Made by a program: the position numbers and the translations under genes. From NCBI GenBank assembly GCA_944358355.1, contig CALVQY010000002.1:1-54855 (forward strand): 54,855 bases of DNA, written 5' to 3'. The stretch comes from an uncultured Bacilli bacterium (GTDB lineage: Bacteria > Bacillota_I > Bacilli_A > RF39 > UBA660). The notes under the pieces were generated by a model. It made no database searches and was not told the origin of the DNA. It saw nothing but the letters and a program-made list of their open reading frames with translations. Of the stretch, positions 34,819 through 44,800 are shown one piece after another (the first letter of the stretch is position 1; each line of letters opens with the position of its first letter).

Positions 34819-36891
34819 ATGAAGAAAAAAATAATTAAATTCAAAGATAAATTAATTAAAAAACTTAAAAGAATTAAAGAAGAAAAACTGATAAGTAATT
34901 ATTTTAAAGACAATAAACTTTTTATTGTCTATGTCTTAGTTTGTGTTATAAATTCTACATTACTTAGATTTTTTACAATGCCAACTATGGAAAATTACTT
35001 ATCTTTTAAACCTATAATAGCAGATATAGCAGTTGTTACTATTATAGGTTCCTTCTCATATTTATTTAAAGGTAAGAAAAGATATGTTTATTTATTAGTA
35101 TGGGCTATTATCTTTACTGCAATATGTACAATTAATTCAGCTTATTATACATTCTATACATCTTTTGCCAGTGTTTCCATGTTATCACTTACTCAGTATA
35201 TTGGTGAAGTAGGAGATGCTGTCGTTGAAAATGTTTTACAAATAAAAGATTTAGTTTATATCTTACCCCTTATTTTTTTCATATATTATTATCATCGTCT
35301 TGCCAAAAATGACCAATATAAGATATATACAAAAGATAAAAGATTTAAAAAATTTAAAAATACTATTTTAACTGGTGCTGTTATTCTTGTCATATTCATT
35401 GTAACTTTATCAAGTCTTGAAATAAGTAGATTTGTTAAGCAATGGAATAGAGAATATATAGTTATGAGATTTGGTATTTATATGTATCAAGGAAATGATA
35501 TAGTAGCAAGTATCCAACCTAAAATAACGGCTATGTTTGGTTATGACGATGCTAAGAAAGAATTTACTGAATATTATGCTGATAGAACAGATGAACAAAA
35601 TTATACTAATAAATATACAGATATCTTTGAAGGACGTAATGTAATTGTAATTCATGCAGAATCTATGCAAGGAATCGCTATAAATAGAACTTTTAATGGC
35701 GAAGAAGTAACACCTAATTTGAATAGATTAATTAAAGAAGGATTATACTTTGATAACTTCTATTCACAAGTAAGTGTAGGAACAAGTAGTGATACAGAGT
35801 TAACTTATAATACTAGTCTTATGCCAACTCAAAGTGGTACTGCTTTTGTAAGTTACTTTGATAGAACTTATATCTCAACTCCATCATTACTTAAAGATAA
35901 AGGTTATTACACTTTCAGTATGCATGCTAATAATGCTGATTTCTGGAATAGACGTGCTATGCATGAGTCTTTAGGATATGATAAATTCTATAGTAAAGAA
36001 ACATATGATGTTGATGATGAAAATGTAATAGGTTTAGGTTTATCAGATAAAGAATTTTTCGCTCAATCTGTCGAAAAAATTAAGAAAATAAGTGAAAAAC
36101 ATGATAAATACTATGGTTATATCATAACTTTAACAAATCATACACCATTCTCTGATACTGATAAATATGGAGAATTTCCTGTTACTATGAAAACTACTAT
36201 AACTAATGAAGATGGAACAGAAGAAGAAATAGAAGTACCATATTTAGAAGGAACAAAACTAGGTAATTACTTCAAATCAGTTCATTATGCTGATGCAGCC
36301 TTAGGTGAGTTCTTTAATGAAATGGATGAAGCAGGACTATTAGATAATACCGTTGTAATTCTATTTGGTGATCATGATGCTAGACTTCCTAGAAGTGAAT
36401 TTAATTTAATGTATAATTATGACCCTGCAACTGATGATATAAAAGATAAAGAAGACCCTACTTATGTTGAATATGATAGTTTTGATTATGAACTAGATCG
36501 TAAAGTACCACTTATTATTTGGACTAAAGATGGTAAAGCGAAAGGACAGATTGATTATACAATGGGTATGTATGATGTAATGCCTACAATTGGTAATATG
36601 TTAGGATTTTATAATAAATATGCCCTAGGACATGATATATTTGAAATAAAAGATGATAATATTGTTGTCTTTCCTAATGGTAATTGGGTAACAAATCTAA
36701 TGTATTATAATAGTCAAAAAGGAGAGTATAAGCTTCTTAAAGATGAAATAATTGATGAAGACTATATAACAAAAAATAATGAATATGCTGAAAAACTACT
36801 AAATGTATCAAATAAAGCGATTGTCTTTGACTTATTTAACCCAAATAGTGAAGAAGAAGCGAATAATAAAACAGTATCTAAAGAAAATTAG
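34819..36891 (+). CDS. ltaS: Lipoteichoic acid synthase family protein (LtaS-type sulfatase-fold enzyme)
   Basis: Five N-terminal TM helices followed by an extracellular sulfatase-like domain (NVIVIHAESMQG..., TNHTPF, ILFGDHD). Confidence 0.85.
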   Translation: MKKKIIKFKDKLIKKLKRIKEEKLISNYFKDNKLFIVYVLVCVINSTLLRFFTMPTMENYLSFKPIIADIAVVTIIGSFSYLFKGKKRYVYLLVWAIIFTAICTINSAYYTFYTSFASVSMLSLTQYIGEVGDAVVENVLQIKDLVYILPLIFFIYYYHRLAKNDQYKIYTKDKRFKKFKNTILTGAVILVIFIVTLSSLEISRFVKQWNREYIVMRFGIYMYQGNDIVASIQPKITAMFGYDDAKKEFTEYYADRTDEQNYTNKYTDIFEGRNVIVIHAESMQGIAINRTFNGEEVTPNLNRLIKEGLYFDNFYSQVSVGTSSDTELTYNTSLMPTQSGTAFVSYFDRTYISTPSLLKDKGYYTFSMHANNADFWNRRAMHESLGYDKFYSKETYDVDDENVIGLGLSDKEFFAQSVEKIKKISEKHDKYYGYIITLTNHTPFSDTDKYGEFPVTMKTTITNEDGTEEEIEVPYLEGTKLGNYFKSVHYADAALGEFFNEMDEAGLLDNTVVILFGDHDARLPRSEFNLMYNYDPATDDIKDKEDPTYVEYDSFDYELDRKVPLIIWTKDGKAKGQIDYTMGMYDVMPTIGNMLGFYNKYALGHDIFEIKDDNIVVFPNGNWVTNLMYYNSQKGEYKLLKDEIIDEDYITKNNEYAEKLLNVSNKAIVFDLFNPNSEEEANNKTVSKEN

Positions 36892-36905
36892 AGGGGAGCA
36901 AGAAT

Positions 36906-37523
36906 ATGAAATTAAAGAAAAAAGTAAAAGTAATATTAGTAATAGCAATTCTTTTAATAGTAGCAGGCTTAGGCTTTATTGCTTATGAAAGTGTAAAGCC
37001 TAAAGCCGTTAGAAAGGCAACTGTTGAAAATGAAATTAAAGAATATGGATATACTTTAAAATCTACAAGAAATGACAGATATAAAGAAATGTTTCAAGAA
37101 TTACAAGACATTTTAAGTAAGGAAAATGTTGATGAAAAAGCTTATCTTGAACAGATTAGTAAAATGTTTATAATGGATTTTTATACCTTAGATGATAAAC
37201 TTGCTAATACTGATGTAGGAGGAATTGATTTTGTTCATACTAATGCTAAGACCAACTTCTTAGAAAAGAGTGAAGATACCGTTTATAAGTATGTAGAAAA
37301 TGATATTTATGGTAATAGAGATCAAAAACTACCAGAAGTTACTGATGTAACAGTTGATAATATTGAGAATATAGAATATACTATAGGAACAGATTTTACG
37401 GATGATTCTGCTTATCAAGTAGAGGTTTCTATAAAATATAAAGAAGATATGGATTATCCTACTAAAGCGACACTTACCTTTGTTCATGAAGATAACAAAT
37501 TATCTTTAGTAGAAGTAGAATAA
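36906..37523 (+). CDS. Hypothetical N-terminally anchored protein
   Basis: TM VILVIAILLIVAGLGFIAY. RBS GAGGGGAG. Confidence 0.5.
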   Translation: MKLKKKVKVILVIAILLIVAGLGFIAYESVKPKAVRKATVENEIKEYGYTLKSTRNDRYKEMFQELQDILSKENVDEKAYLEQISKMFIMDFYTLDDKLANTDVGGIDFVHTNAKTNFLEKSEDTVYKYVENDIYGNRDQKLPEVTDVTVDNIENIEYTIGTDFTDDSAYQVEVSIKYKEDMDYPTKATLTFVHEDNKLSLVEVE

Positions 37524-37556
37524 TATCTTCTTTTTCTTTAAAAGGAGTGACTAACT

Positions 37557-38273
37557 ATGGAAAGATTACAAAAAGTTATAGCAAATTCAGGAATAGCTTC
37601 AAGACGTAAAGCTGAAGAATTAATTAAAGAGGGAAGAGTAACTGTTAATGGTGTAACAGTTACTGAACTAGGTACTAAAGTAAATAATAAAGATATAATT
37701 AAAGTAGATGAAAAACTTATTGAAAAAGAAAAAAAAGTTTATTATTTACTTAATAAACCAAGAGGAATAATAACAAGTGTTACAGATGATAAGGAAAGGA
37801 AGACTGTAGTTGACTTAATACCATGTCATGAAAGAATATATCCAGTAGGACGCCTCGATTATGATACAACAGGAGTCTTATTACTTACTAATGATGGAGA
37901 TTTTGCTAATATACTTATGCATCCAAGTGATAAAGTTGAGAAAGTTTATATCGTTAAAGTTAAAGGTATTATTAAAGGAGATGCCATTAATACTATAAAA
38001 AATGGTGTTACAGTAGATGGTATAAGTTATGAGAAAGCTAAAGTTAAGTTAAGAAAAACAGATTATAAGACTAATACTTCTATGCTAACAGTAACTATTC
38101 ATGAAGGTCGCAATCATGAAGTAAAGAAGATGTTTGAAACAGTTGGCTTTCCTGTCTTAAAACTAAGAAGAGAGCGAGAATTTATCTTTGATTTAAAAGG
38201 TCTAAAGAGTGGTGAATATAGAAAACTAACCCCTAAAGAAGTCGCTATTGTCTATAGTTTAGAAAAAAAATAA
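37557..38273 (+). CDS. rluB: 23S rRNA pseudouridine synthase RluB family
   Basis: S4 domain (RLQKVIANSGIASRRKAEELIKEGRVTVNG) and RsuA/RluB catalytic motif GRLDYDTTGVLLLTNDG. Confidence 0.9.
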   Translation: MERLQKVIANSGIASRRKAEELIKEGRVTVNGVTVTELGTKVNNKDIIKVDEKLIEKEKKVYYLLNKPRGIITSVTDDKERKTVVDLIPCHERIYPVGRLDYDTTGVLLLTNDGDFANILMHPSDKVEKVYIVKVKGIIKGDAINTIKNGVTVDGISYEKAKVKLRKTDYKTNTSMLTVTIHEGRNHEVKKMFETVGFPVLKLRREREFIFDLKGLKSGEYRKLTPKEVAIVYSLEKK

Positions 38274-38293
38274 GAGCATTGTTTTGCTCTTTC
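38273..38293 (+). terminator. rluB terminator
   Basis: agagca (38273-38278), loop ttgttt, tgctct (38285-38290), then tt. Confidence 0.55.
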
Positions 38294-38350
38294 AATTTTA
38301 ACTTTTAACGATTTTGGTGTTTACACCAAAATCGTAATTTAATTGATTAC
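38276..38350 (+). repeat. Left copy of direct repeat flanking the dinD cassette (contains hairpin)
   Basis: gcattgtttt...acttttaacgattttggtgtttacaccaaaatcgtaatttaatt. Internal hairpin cgattttggtgt / acaccaaaatcg. Confidence 0.8.
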
Positions 38351-38356
38351 TTATTT

Positions 38357-39184
38357 TTATGCTTCTAGACTATGTAGTTGTTCCTTTTCAAGTTCCTTTA
38401 TAGATTTCTTAGGAGTAGGTAAATCTTCTGGCATAGTACCTCCTAATTTTTCGATTGTCTCTCTAATAGCTTTTCCAACTTTATAATGTGTATCTGTTGC
38501 CATATTTTCATTAGGTTTTTCTTGCTTTTCAAGTAAAGCTTCCGTTTGCGTAATTCTAAATACATTAGCCCCTAATTCAACACTTCCCATATTATCTAAA
38601 ATATCTTCTCTATATCTTAATCCTTTTCTTCTAGCAATATCATTTGCGGTTTCGCCATTATATAAGCCTTTATATCCGGCATTAGTAAACTTATCAAAGT
38701 TCTTTACCCCTTTTTCTTTAGCAACCCTGTATAAAATTTTATTACCATCTTTAGTTTGCTTTCTTCTATATAATCTTTTCTCATCTTCACTTAACTTGCT
38801 ATATTCTTCTTCTGTTAGTTCCATTTTTCTAGTTTGTACTGCAAAATAAGTTTGTCCTAAGGCAACGGTTGCTTTTCTAGGGTCAGAGTTTTGCACAATT
38901 AAATAACATGCATATCTGGATAATTTATAATCAATAATATTTCTTGATGTCTTTGACCCAATATTAACCATTTTTCCCGCTTGGGAAAAATGGTCTGTAA
39001 CTATACAACTGCTTTTTTCACAAGCAATTTTTGCACTTTCTATTACATTACAAAATTTATCTCATCTTTTATATTCAAGTGCATTCATTAATTCTCTAGC
39101 ATACCAATATTCATTACCATTATCATCAACATGTTTAATTTCTTCAAAAGTCATTTCTTCATATTTTTCTAATTCTTTAGTCAT
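38357..39184 (-). pseudogene. dinD: DNA-damage-inducible protein D (DinD) family gene interrupted by one in-frame TGA
   Basis: Reverse-strand ATG 39184 (AGGAGG upstream) gives MTKELEKYEEMTFEEIKHVDDNGNEYWYARELMNALEYKR, then TGA (39064-39062), then DKFCNVIESAKIACEK...KMVNIGSK, in frame with the 204-aa ORF at 38357..38971. LSRYACYLIVQN, GQTYFAVQTR, MGSVELGANVFRITQTE, GGTMPEDLPTP are collinear with E. coli DinD as I recall it. Confidence 0.8.
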
Positions 39185-39320
39185 AACGCAAACCTCCTAT
39201 CTTTGACTAATATAATTACTTAATTTATAGAAAAGTTATATCAGTAGCTTTTCTGTAACATTTATACATATAGTGTAGCATACATTTGTTTAGAAGCATA
39301 GAAAAATCTAAAAAATAGTA

Positions 39321-39380
39321 GCATTGTTTTTACTTTTAACCGATTTCGGTGTTTACACCAAAATTGGAATTAATTACATT
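39321..39380 (+). repeat. Right copy of direct repeat flanking the dinD cassette
   Basis: gcattgttttt acttttaaccgatttcggtgtttacaccaaaattggaattaatt. The ~45-nt core differs from the left copy by 3 substitutions and 2 single-base indels. Confidence 0.8.
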
Positions 39381-39443
39381 ATTACTTTTAAAATAAGCAA
39401 CTTAAGCTCTTTATATAACTTATGTATATTGTTTCAAATCATA

Positions 39444-39472
39444 CAAAAAAGAAGCTAATGATAAAGCTCCTT
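39444..39472 (-). terminator. Terminator of the ferredoxin gene
   Basis: On the minus strand: aaggagct, loop ttatcatt, agcttctt (one G-U pair), followed by tttt. Confidence 0.5.
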
Positions 39473-39501
39473 CTAAAAATACATATATTATTTTATCAAG
39501 A

Positions 39502-39729
<228 letters not shown>

Positions 39730-39819
39730 TTAATTATATCTTATTTTTATACTTTTGCCTACTTTAAATTTTTTAAATAGTATGATATTATTGTAGTATA
39801 TAGTAAAGTAGGTGATATC

Positions 39820-40686
39820 ATGGGAAGAATGGAACGCTATGATAATTCTAATGTAAATCGCGTTAGAAGTAGAACAGAAAAAAATAAAGACTTATATAAT
39901 GACTTAGGAAGATTAGAAAAATATACAACCCTTACAGATGTTTCTAAAATAGAAGCTGTTGAATTAAATGCTGCTAAAAAGAATTATCGAACAAGAGAAG
40001 GATATCATAGCCTTAAAGATTATGATATAAATGTAGAAAAACCTACTGTAAAAAAAGAACTAGATGAATTTAATTTTCTTTATGATGATGAACATAAAAC
40101 TTATGATATCAATAAAGTTCTAGAAGAAGCAAAAGAACTAAGAGAAAAAGATTCTAAAGAAAAGAAAAGAAAACTACAAAATGAGAAATATAATATCTTA
40201 GAAAGTAGTAAAGAAGATTTAGAAAAATTTAAAGAAGAGACTAAACTTAGACATAAACCTATTGAAAATGAAAAAGAATTAGAAGACTTAATACATACAA
40301 TTACATCTAAAGAATTAAGAGATGAGATAGATAAAAGAGAAGCTGAAAATAATGACAACAATAGCTTACTTAGTGATTTAATGGCTACTAATGTAAATGA
40401 AGAAGTCCTAAAGCCTATCGCTACTAAGATAGAAGATAGTAAAGTAGAAGAAGATACTAAACAAATAGAAAAAGTTAAAGAAAAGACCATGTCTTTAAAA
40501 GATGAAATAGATAAATCATTCTATACTAAGAGTCTTGACTTAAGTGAAGAAGATTTTGAAACAGATGATGAGGAAGAAGAATTTGTTAAGTCATCTAAAT
40601 TTTTAGGATTCTTAAAGTTTCTATTCTCTTTAATCTTAATACTTGCTGTTGGTTTTGGAGTATATTATGTAATCACAAACTTTTAA
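39820..40686 (+). CDS. Hypothetical K/E-rich tail-anchored protein
   Basis: RBS AGGTGA. Highly charged coiled region. C-terminal TM FLGFLKFLFSLILILAVGFGVYYVI. Confidence 0.5.
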   Translation: MGRMERYDNSNVNRVRSRTEKNKDLYNDLGRLEKYTTLTDVSKIEAVELNAAKKNYRTREGYHSLKDYDINVEKPTVKKELDEFNFLYDDEHKTYDINKVLEEAKELREKDSKEKKRKLQNEKYNILESSKEDLEKFKEETKLRHKPIENEKELEDLIHTITSKELRDEIDKREAENNDNNSLLSDLMATNVNEEVLKPIATKIEDSKVEEDTKQIEKVKEKTMSLKDEIDKSFYTKSLDLSEEDFETDDEEEEFVKSSKFLGFLKFLFSLILILAVGFGVYYVITNF

Positions 40687-40749
40687 AAATTGCATATCAA
40701 AACTTTTAAAATTTGTATATCAAAAGTCTTAAAATTTGTATATCTGATA
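40681..40749 (+). repeat. Three tandem 23-bp direct repeats
   Basis: ttttaaaaattgcatatcaaaac / ttttaaaatttgtatatcaaaag / tcttaaaatttgtatatctgata. The array starts at the stop codon of the upstream ORF. Confidence 0.85.
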
Positions 40750-40927
40750 TGAATAAGTTAATCATTATTTGATAGCTCAGTTTTCTTTGAAAGTATTGGG
40801 AAACTAGATAAATAGCGCTACAATTATTATAATAGTATAACAACTAATTATATGGTAACTTATAATATATTGTAAATATTTATAAACTAAATCACCTATA
40901 AAATGAAAAAAATTAGTCTTAGTTTTT

Positions 40928-40953
40928 ACGTCAAAATGTTTTGACGTTTTTTC
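40928..40953 (+). terminator. Rho-independent terminator in a long intergenic region
   Basis: acgtcaa (40928-40934), loop aatgtt, ttgacgt (40941-40947), then ttttt. Confidence 0.65.
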
Positions 40954-41017
40954 TTTAATTATCATAGATTTTATGCTAAACTTAAAATATAAATAATATT
41001 GATAGGGGGAATAGAAA

Positions 41018-41857
41018 ATGAATTTAAACTTTGTTTTAAATGATTACGTTTTAATCTGGAATCTTTTATTTAGTGCTTCTATTTCTTCTAATATCCAAGA
41101 TTTTAAACAGAAGCTGTGGAAAAATTATCGTCATAGTTATAATGATTTATTTAAAGAAGAAGAACATATTCTAAAAGATCCTAAAAACTATATACCAGAT
41201 GATGATACTATTTTTGATATGGTTAGAGGTAGTGATATATATAAAGAAATAAGAGAAGAAACAGAAAAATATCGTTTAGAATTATTACATACTTGGGATA
41301 AATTAAAAAAAGATTTAAGTAATAACTTAAAAGATATACTACGCTTTGATATTAAACTATATCATGTTTTAGTTGTCGATAAAAAATTAGATGTTATTGG
41401 TATGTCTGTACCAAAAAGTAGAAGAGTAAATACTATTACTTGGGGAAATAGAATAGATAGTGAAAATTATACCCTTGCTATCATTAATATCATTGAACAT
41501 ATCTTAAGAAAAGAACTTGCTAACTACAAGAGTGAATATAAAGATATTGTAAATGCTATTATTGAACTTGCTATAGATAATGAACTTACATCACGTACCC
41601 TAAAAAGAAGTGTTTACTTAAGAGGAGATAAATCGCTTAAATACTTAAAATGTCAAATCTATCCTTATTTTCTTATGTATTTAGGTTATTCTAAAGAAGA
41701 AATACTAAATAGAATGATGGAAGATAAAATTATCTTTGAACTTGATAAATACACATTTGAACGAGGACTTGCTACTGTTGATTTAAAAACCTTTATCGAT
41801 TTCTGTATTAAAAATCAGCGACATATTTTAAAAATTAGTGAATTAGAAATAATTTAG
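41018..41857 (+). CDS. Hypothetical protein immediately upstream of polC
   Basis: 279-aa ORF with RBS AGGGGGA. Its stop is 13 nt before the polC start. No motif recognised. Confidence 0.5.
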   Translation: MNLNFVLNDYVLIWNLLFSASISSNIQDFKQKLWKNYRHSYNDLFKEEEHILKDPKNYIPDDDTIFDMVRGSDIYKEIREETEKYRLELLHTWDKLKKDLSNNLKDILRFDIKLYHVLVVDKKLDVIGMSVPKSRRVNTITWGNRIDSENYTLAIINIIEHILRKELANYKSEYKDIVNAIIELAIDNELTSRTLKRSVYLRGDKSLKYLKCQIYPYFLMYLGYSKEEILNRMMEDKIIFELDKYTFERGLATVDLKTFIDFCIKNQRHILKISELEII

Positions 41858-41870
41858 TGAGGTAATACAT

Positions 41871-44800
41871 ATGGATGAGAAGTTAGAAATATTATTAAAA
41901 AGAATAAATCTAAAAGACGATTACTATTCTTTTTTTAAGAATGCTGTATTAGATAAAATAATTATTAGTAAAAAAAATAATAACTGGTTAGTTAAAATTA
42001 CCAATGATGATTACTTACCTTTAGAAGTACTAGAATTTCTTAATGACAATAGTACTGCTTTAGCTCAGTCTGTCTCTTTTTCTTTCAATATAAAAAATAA
42101 AGATGCAAATAAACTATTAGACTTTTTCCCTTATCTATTAAGAAAATTAAAAAATGCAAAGAAAATAAATCTTGTAGATATTTATCAAGATAGCCTAAGA
42201 TATGAAAATAATAAGTTAGAATTAGTCGCTTATAATAAAAAAGAAGAAGATAGATTAAAAAGTATTAATGCTGATATAAATAACTTTTATCATTCCCTTG
42301 GCTATAATGACTTTATTGAAATTGTTGTTAAAGAAGATGACTTAATAGAAGAAGAAATAAGTAATGAACTTTCTAATGTTGCTATTCCTGAACCTATAAA
42401 AAGAGATGTTATTAAAGAAGAACCTAAACATTATAATAATAAAAATAGTGGTATTCCTAGAAGAAGAAAAGTAACTGAAGAAGGATGTATTTTAGGTAAA
42501 ACAATTGATACAGAACCTATTAAGATGAGTTTATTATTAGGAGAAGATAATGATGTAACAGTAGAAGGATATATCTTTGGTGTAGAATATTTTGAATCTA
42601 ATAAGAGTAACTTTAAAATAATAACTTTAAAAATAACAGATGAAACTGATAGTATTGCTTGTAAAGTGTTTTCTAATGAAGAAGAAGACTATAATAGACT
42701 TTGTAAAGAATTAAAAGAAGGAAAATGGCTTAAGATTAGAGGTAATACTAAAATAGATACTTATGCTAAAGATGAATTAGTTCTTAATGCTAGAGATATT
42801 ATGCCAGTAGAACATACTGAAGAAGAAATTACTGATGATGCGATAGAAAAAAGAGTAGAACTACATGCTCATACTATGATGAGTCAGATGGATGGTGTAG
42901 CTGATGAAGTAAAACTAGTAAAACAAGCGATGAAGTGGGGACATAAAGCTATCGCTATAACTGATCATAATGGTGTTCAAGCTTTTCCTCATGTTTATAA
43001 CTTAGTAAGAGATTATAATAAAGGCAAAGAAGAGAAAGATCAGTTTAAAGCCCTATATGGGACAGAACTAGTGATGGTAGATGATAATGTAGATATTGTT
43101 ATTAGACCAAATGACGGTAAACTATTAGACCAAACTTATGTTGTCTTTGACTTTGAAACTACAGGTTTTAATGCTGGTGGTGCTGACTCTATTATTGAAA
43201 TTGGTGCTGTTAAGATGAAAGGTGGAGAAATATTAGAGCGTTATGATGAGTTAATTAATCCAGGAAGACCTCTACCTGCTAAAATAACAGAGATAACTAA
43301 TATAACGGATTTAATGCTAGAAGATAAAGATAATGAAGAGAATGCTGTTAAAAGGTTCATTGACTGGTTTGGAGATCTACCTATGGTTGCCCATAATGCT
43401 AAGTTTGATGTTTCTTTCTTAGAGATGGCTTATAAAAAATATAATCTAGGTGAGTTTAAAAATCCGGTTATTGATACTTTAGAACTATCAAGAACTCTAG
43501 ATAATAACTATGCTCGTCATAGCCTATCTGCCCTAGTTAAAAGATATAATGTTCCTTGGGATGAAGAGAGTCACCATAGAGGAGATTATGATGCTGAAGG
43601 TACTGCCTTAGTTCTTTATAAAATGTTAGAAAAATTAGATAGCCGTAACATCGAGACTATGGAAGAGTTATCTAATATCGTAGATTCTAAAGAGATGTAT
43701 AAATATGGTAATACTAATCATATTAATATCCTTGCTTTAAATAAAAAAGGACTTAAAAACTTATTTAAAATAGTTAGTTATGCTAATACAACTTACCTAT
43801 ACAAAACACCAAGAATTCCAAGAAGTGTTATTAATGAGTATCGTGAAGGCTTACTTATCGGTAGTGGTTGTTATGAGTCTGAAGTCTTTAAACAAGCGAC
43901 TAGTAAAAGTGAAGAAGAATTATCTAATATTATTAGATTCTATGACTATGTTGAAGTACAACCTCCTGAATGTTATTCTCACCTTATTGAAACAGGAGAC
44001 TTTGCTAATGAGGGAGAAGTAATTAGTAACATAAAGAAAATAATTGATACGACAATAGAAGCTGGTAAATTGATAGTTGCAACAGGAGATGTTCATCATA
44101 TAACAAGAGAAGATAAAATCTATAGAGAGATTATCGTTAATCAAAAAGTACCAGGAGGAGGACGCCATCCTTTAGCAAGAGGAGGCATTAAAAATATCCC
44201 TTCTAATCACTTTAGAACTACTACAGAAATGTTAGAAGACTTCTCCTTCTTAGATGAAGAAACAAGAAAACTAATTGTTATAGATAATCCTAATAAAATC
44301 GCTGATATGGCAGAGGTTATAGAAGTTATCATTGAAACAGGAGGAATTCCTTTTTCTCCTAAAATTGATAAAAGTGTAGAAACAGTTACTGACTTAGTCT
44401 TTACGAAAGCAAGTGATATGTATGGTAGCCCTCTTCCTTATAATATAGAAGAGAGAATTAGTACTGAGTTATATGGTGATGGTATTTTTAAAGCGACAGA
44501 AGCTAAATTAAAAAGAGAAGAGCCTAATCTAAGTGGCGATGAATTTACTAAAAAATTATATGCCGCCTTACATAGTACTCTTTTAAAAGGCTTTGATGAA
44601 GTAAAGAAAGTAATAAAAGAAAACTTAAAAGTAGAAAATCCTGATATAACTGATGAAGACTTAGAAAAAACTATTAAGAAGAACTTAGGTGGTGTCATCG
44701 GTGGTGGTTTTGATGTTATCTACCTAATTGCCCAAAAGTTAGTTAAACATTCAAATGATGATGGCTATATCGTTGGTTCTCGTGGTTCTGTTGGTTCATC

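Noticed and set aside
36803-36988. 61-aa ORF bridging the end of ltaS and the next gene.
   Set aside because: It is out of frame within the ltaS 3' end and overlaps the well-signalled start at 36906.
40101-40490. 129-aa antisense ORF within the K/E-rich gene 39820-40686.
   Set aside because: The S/L/F-rich product is the complement of GAA/AAA/AAG codon runs. There are no start-site signals.
40771-40780. gatagctcag, which resembles a tRNA D-arm.
   Set aside because: There is no acceptor stem pairing, anticodon arm or GTTCGAATC-type T-arm nearby, so it is a chance match.
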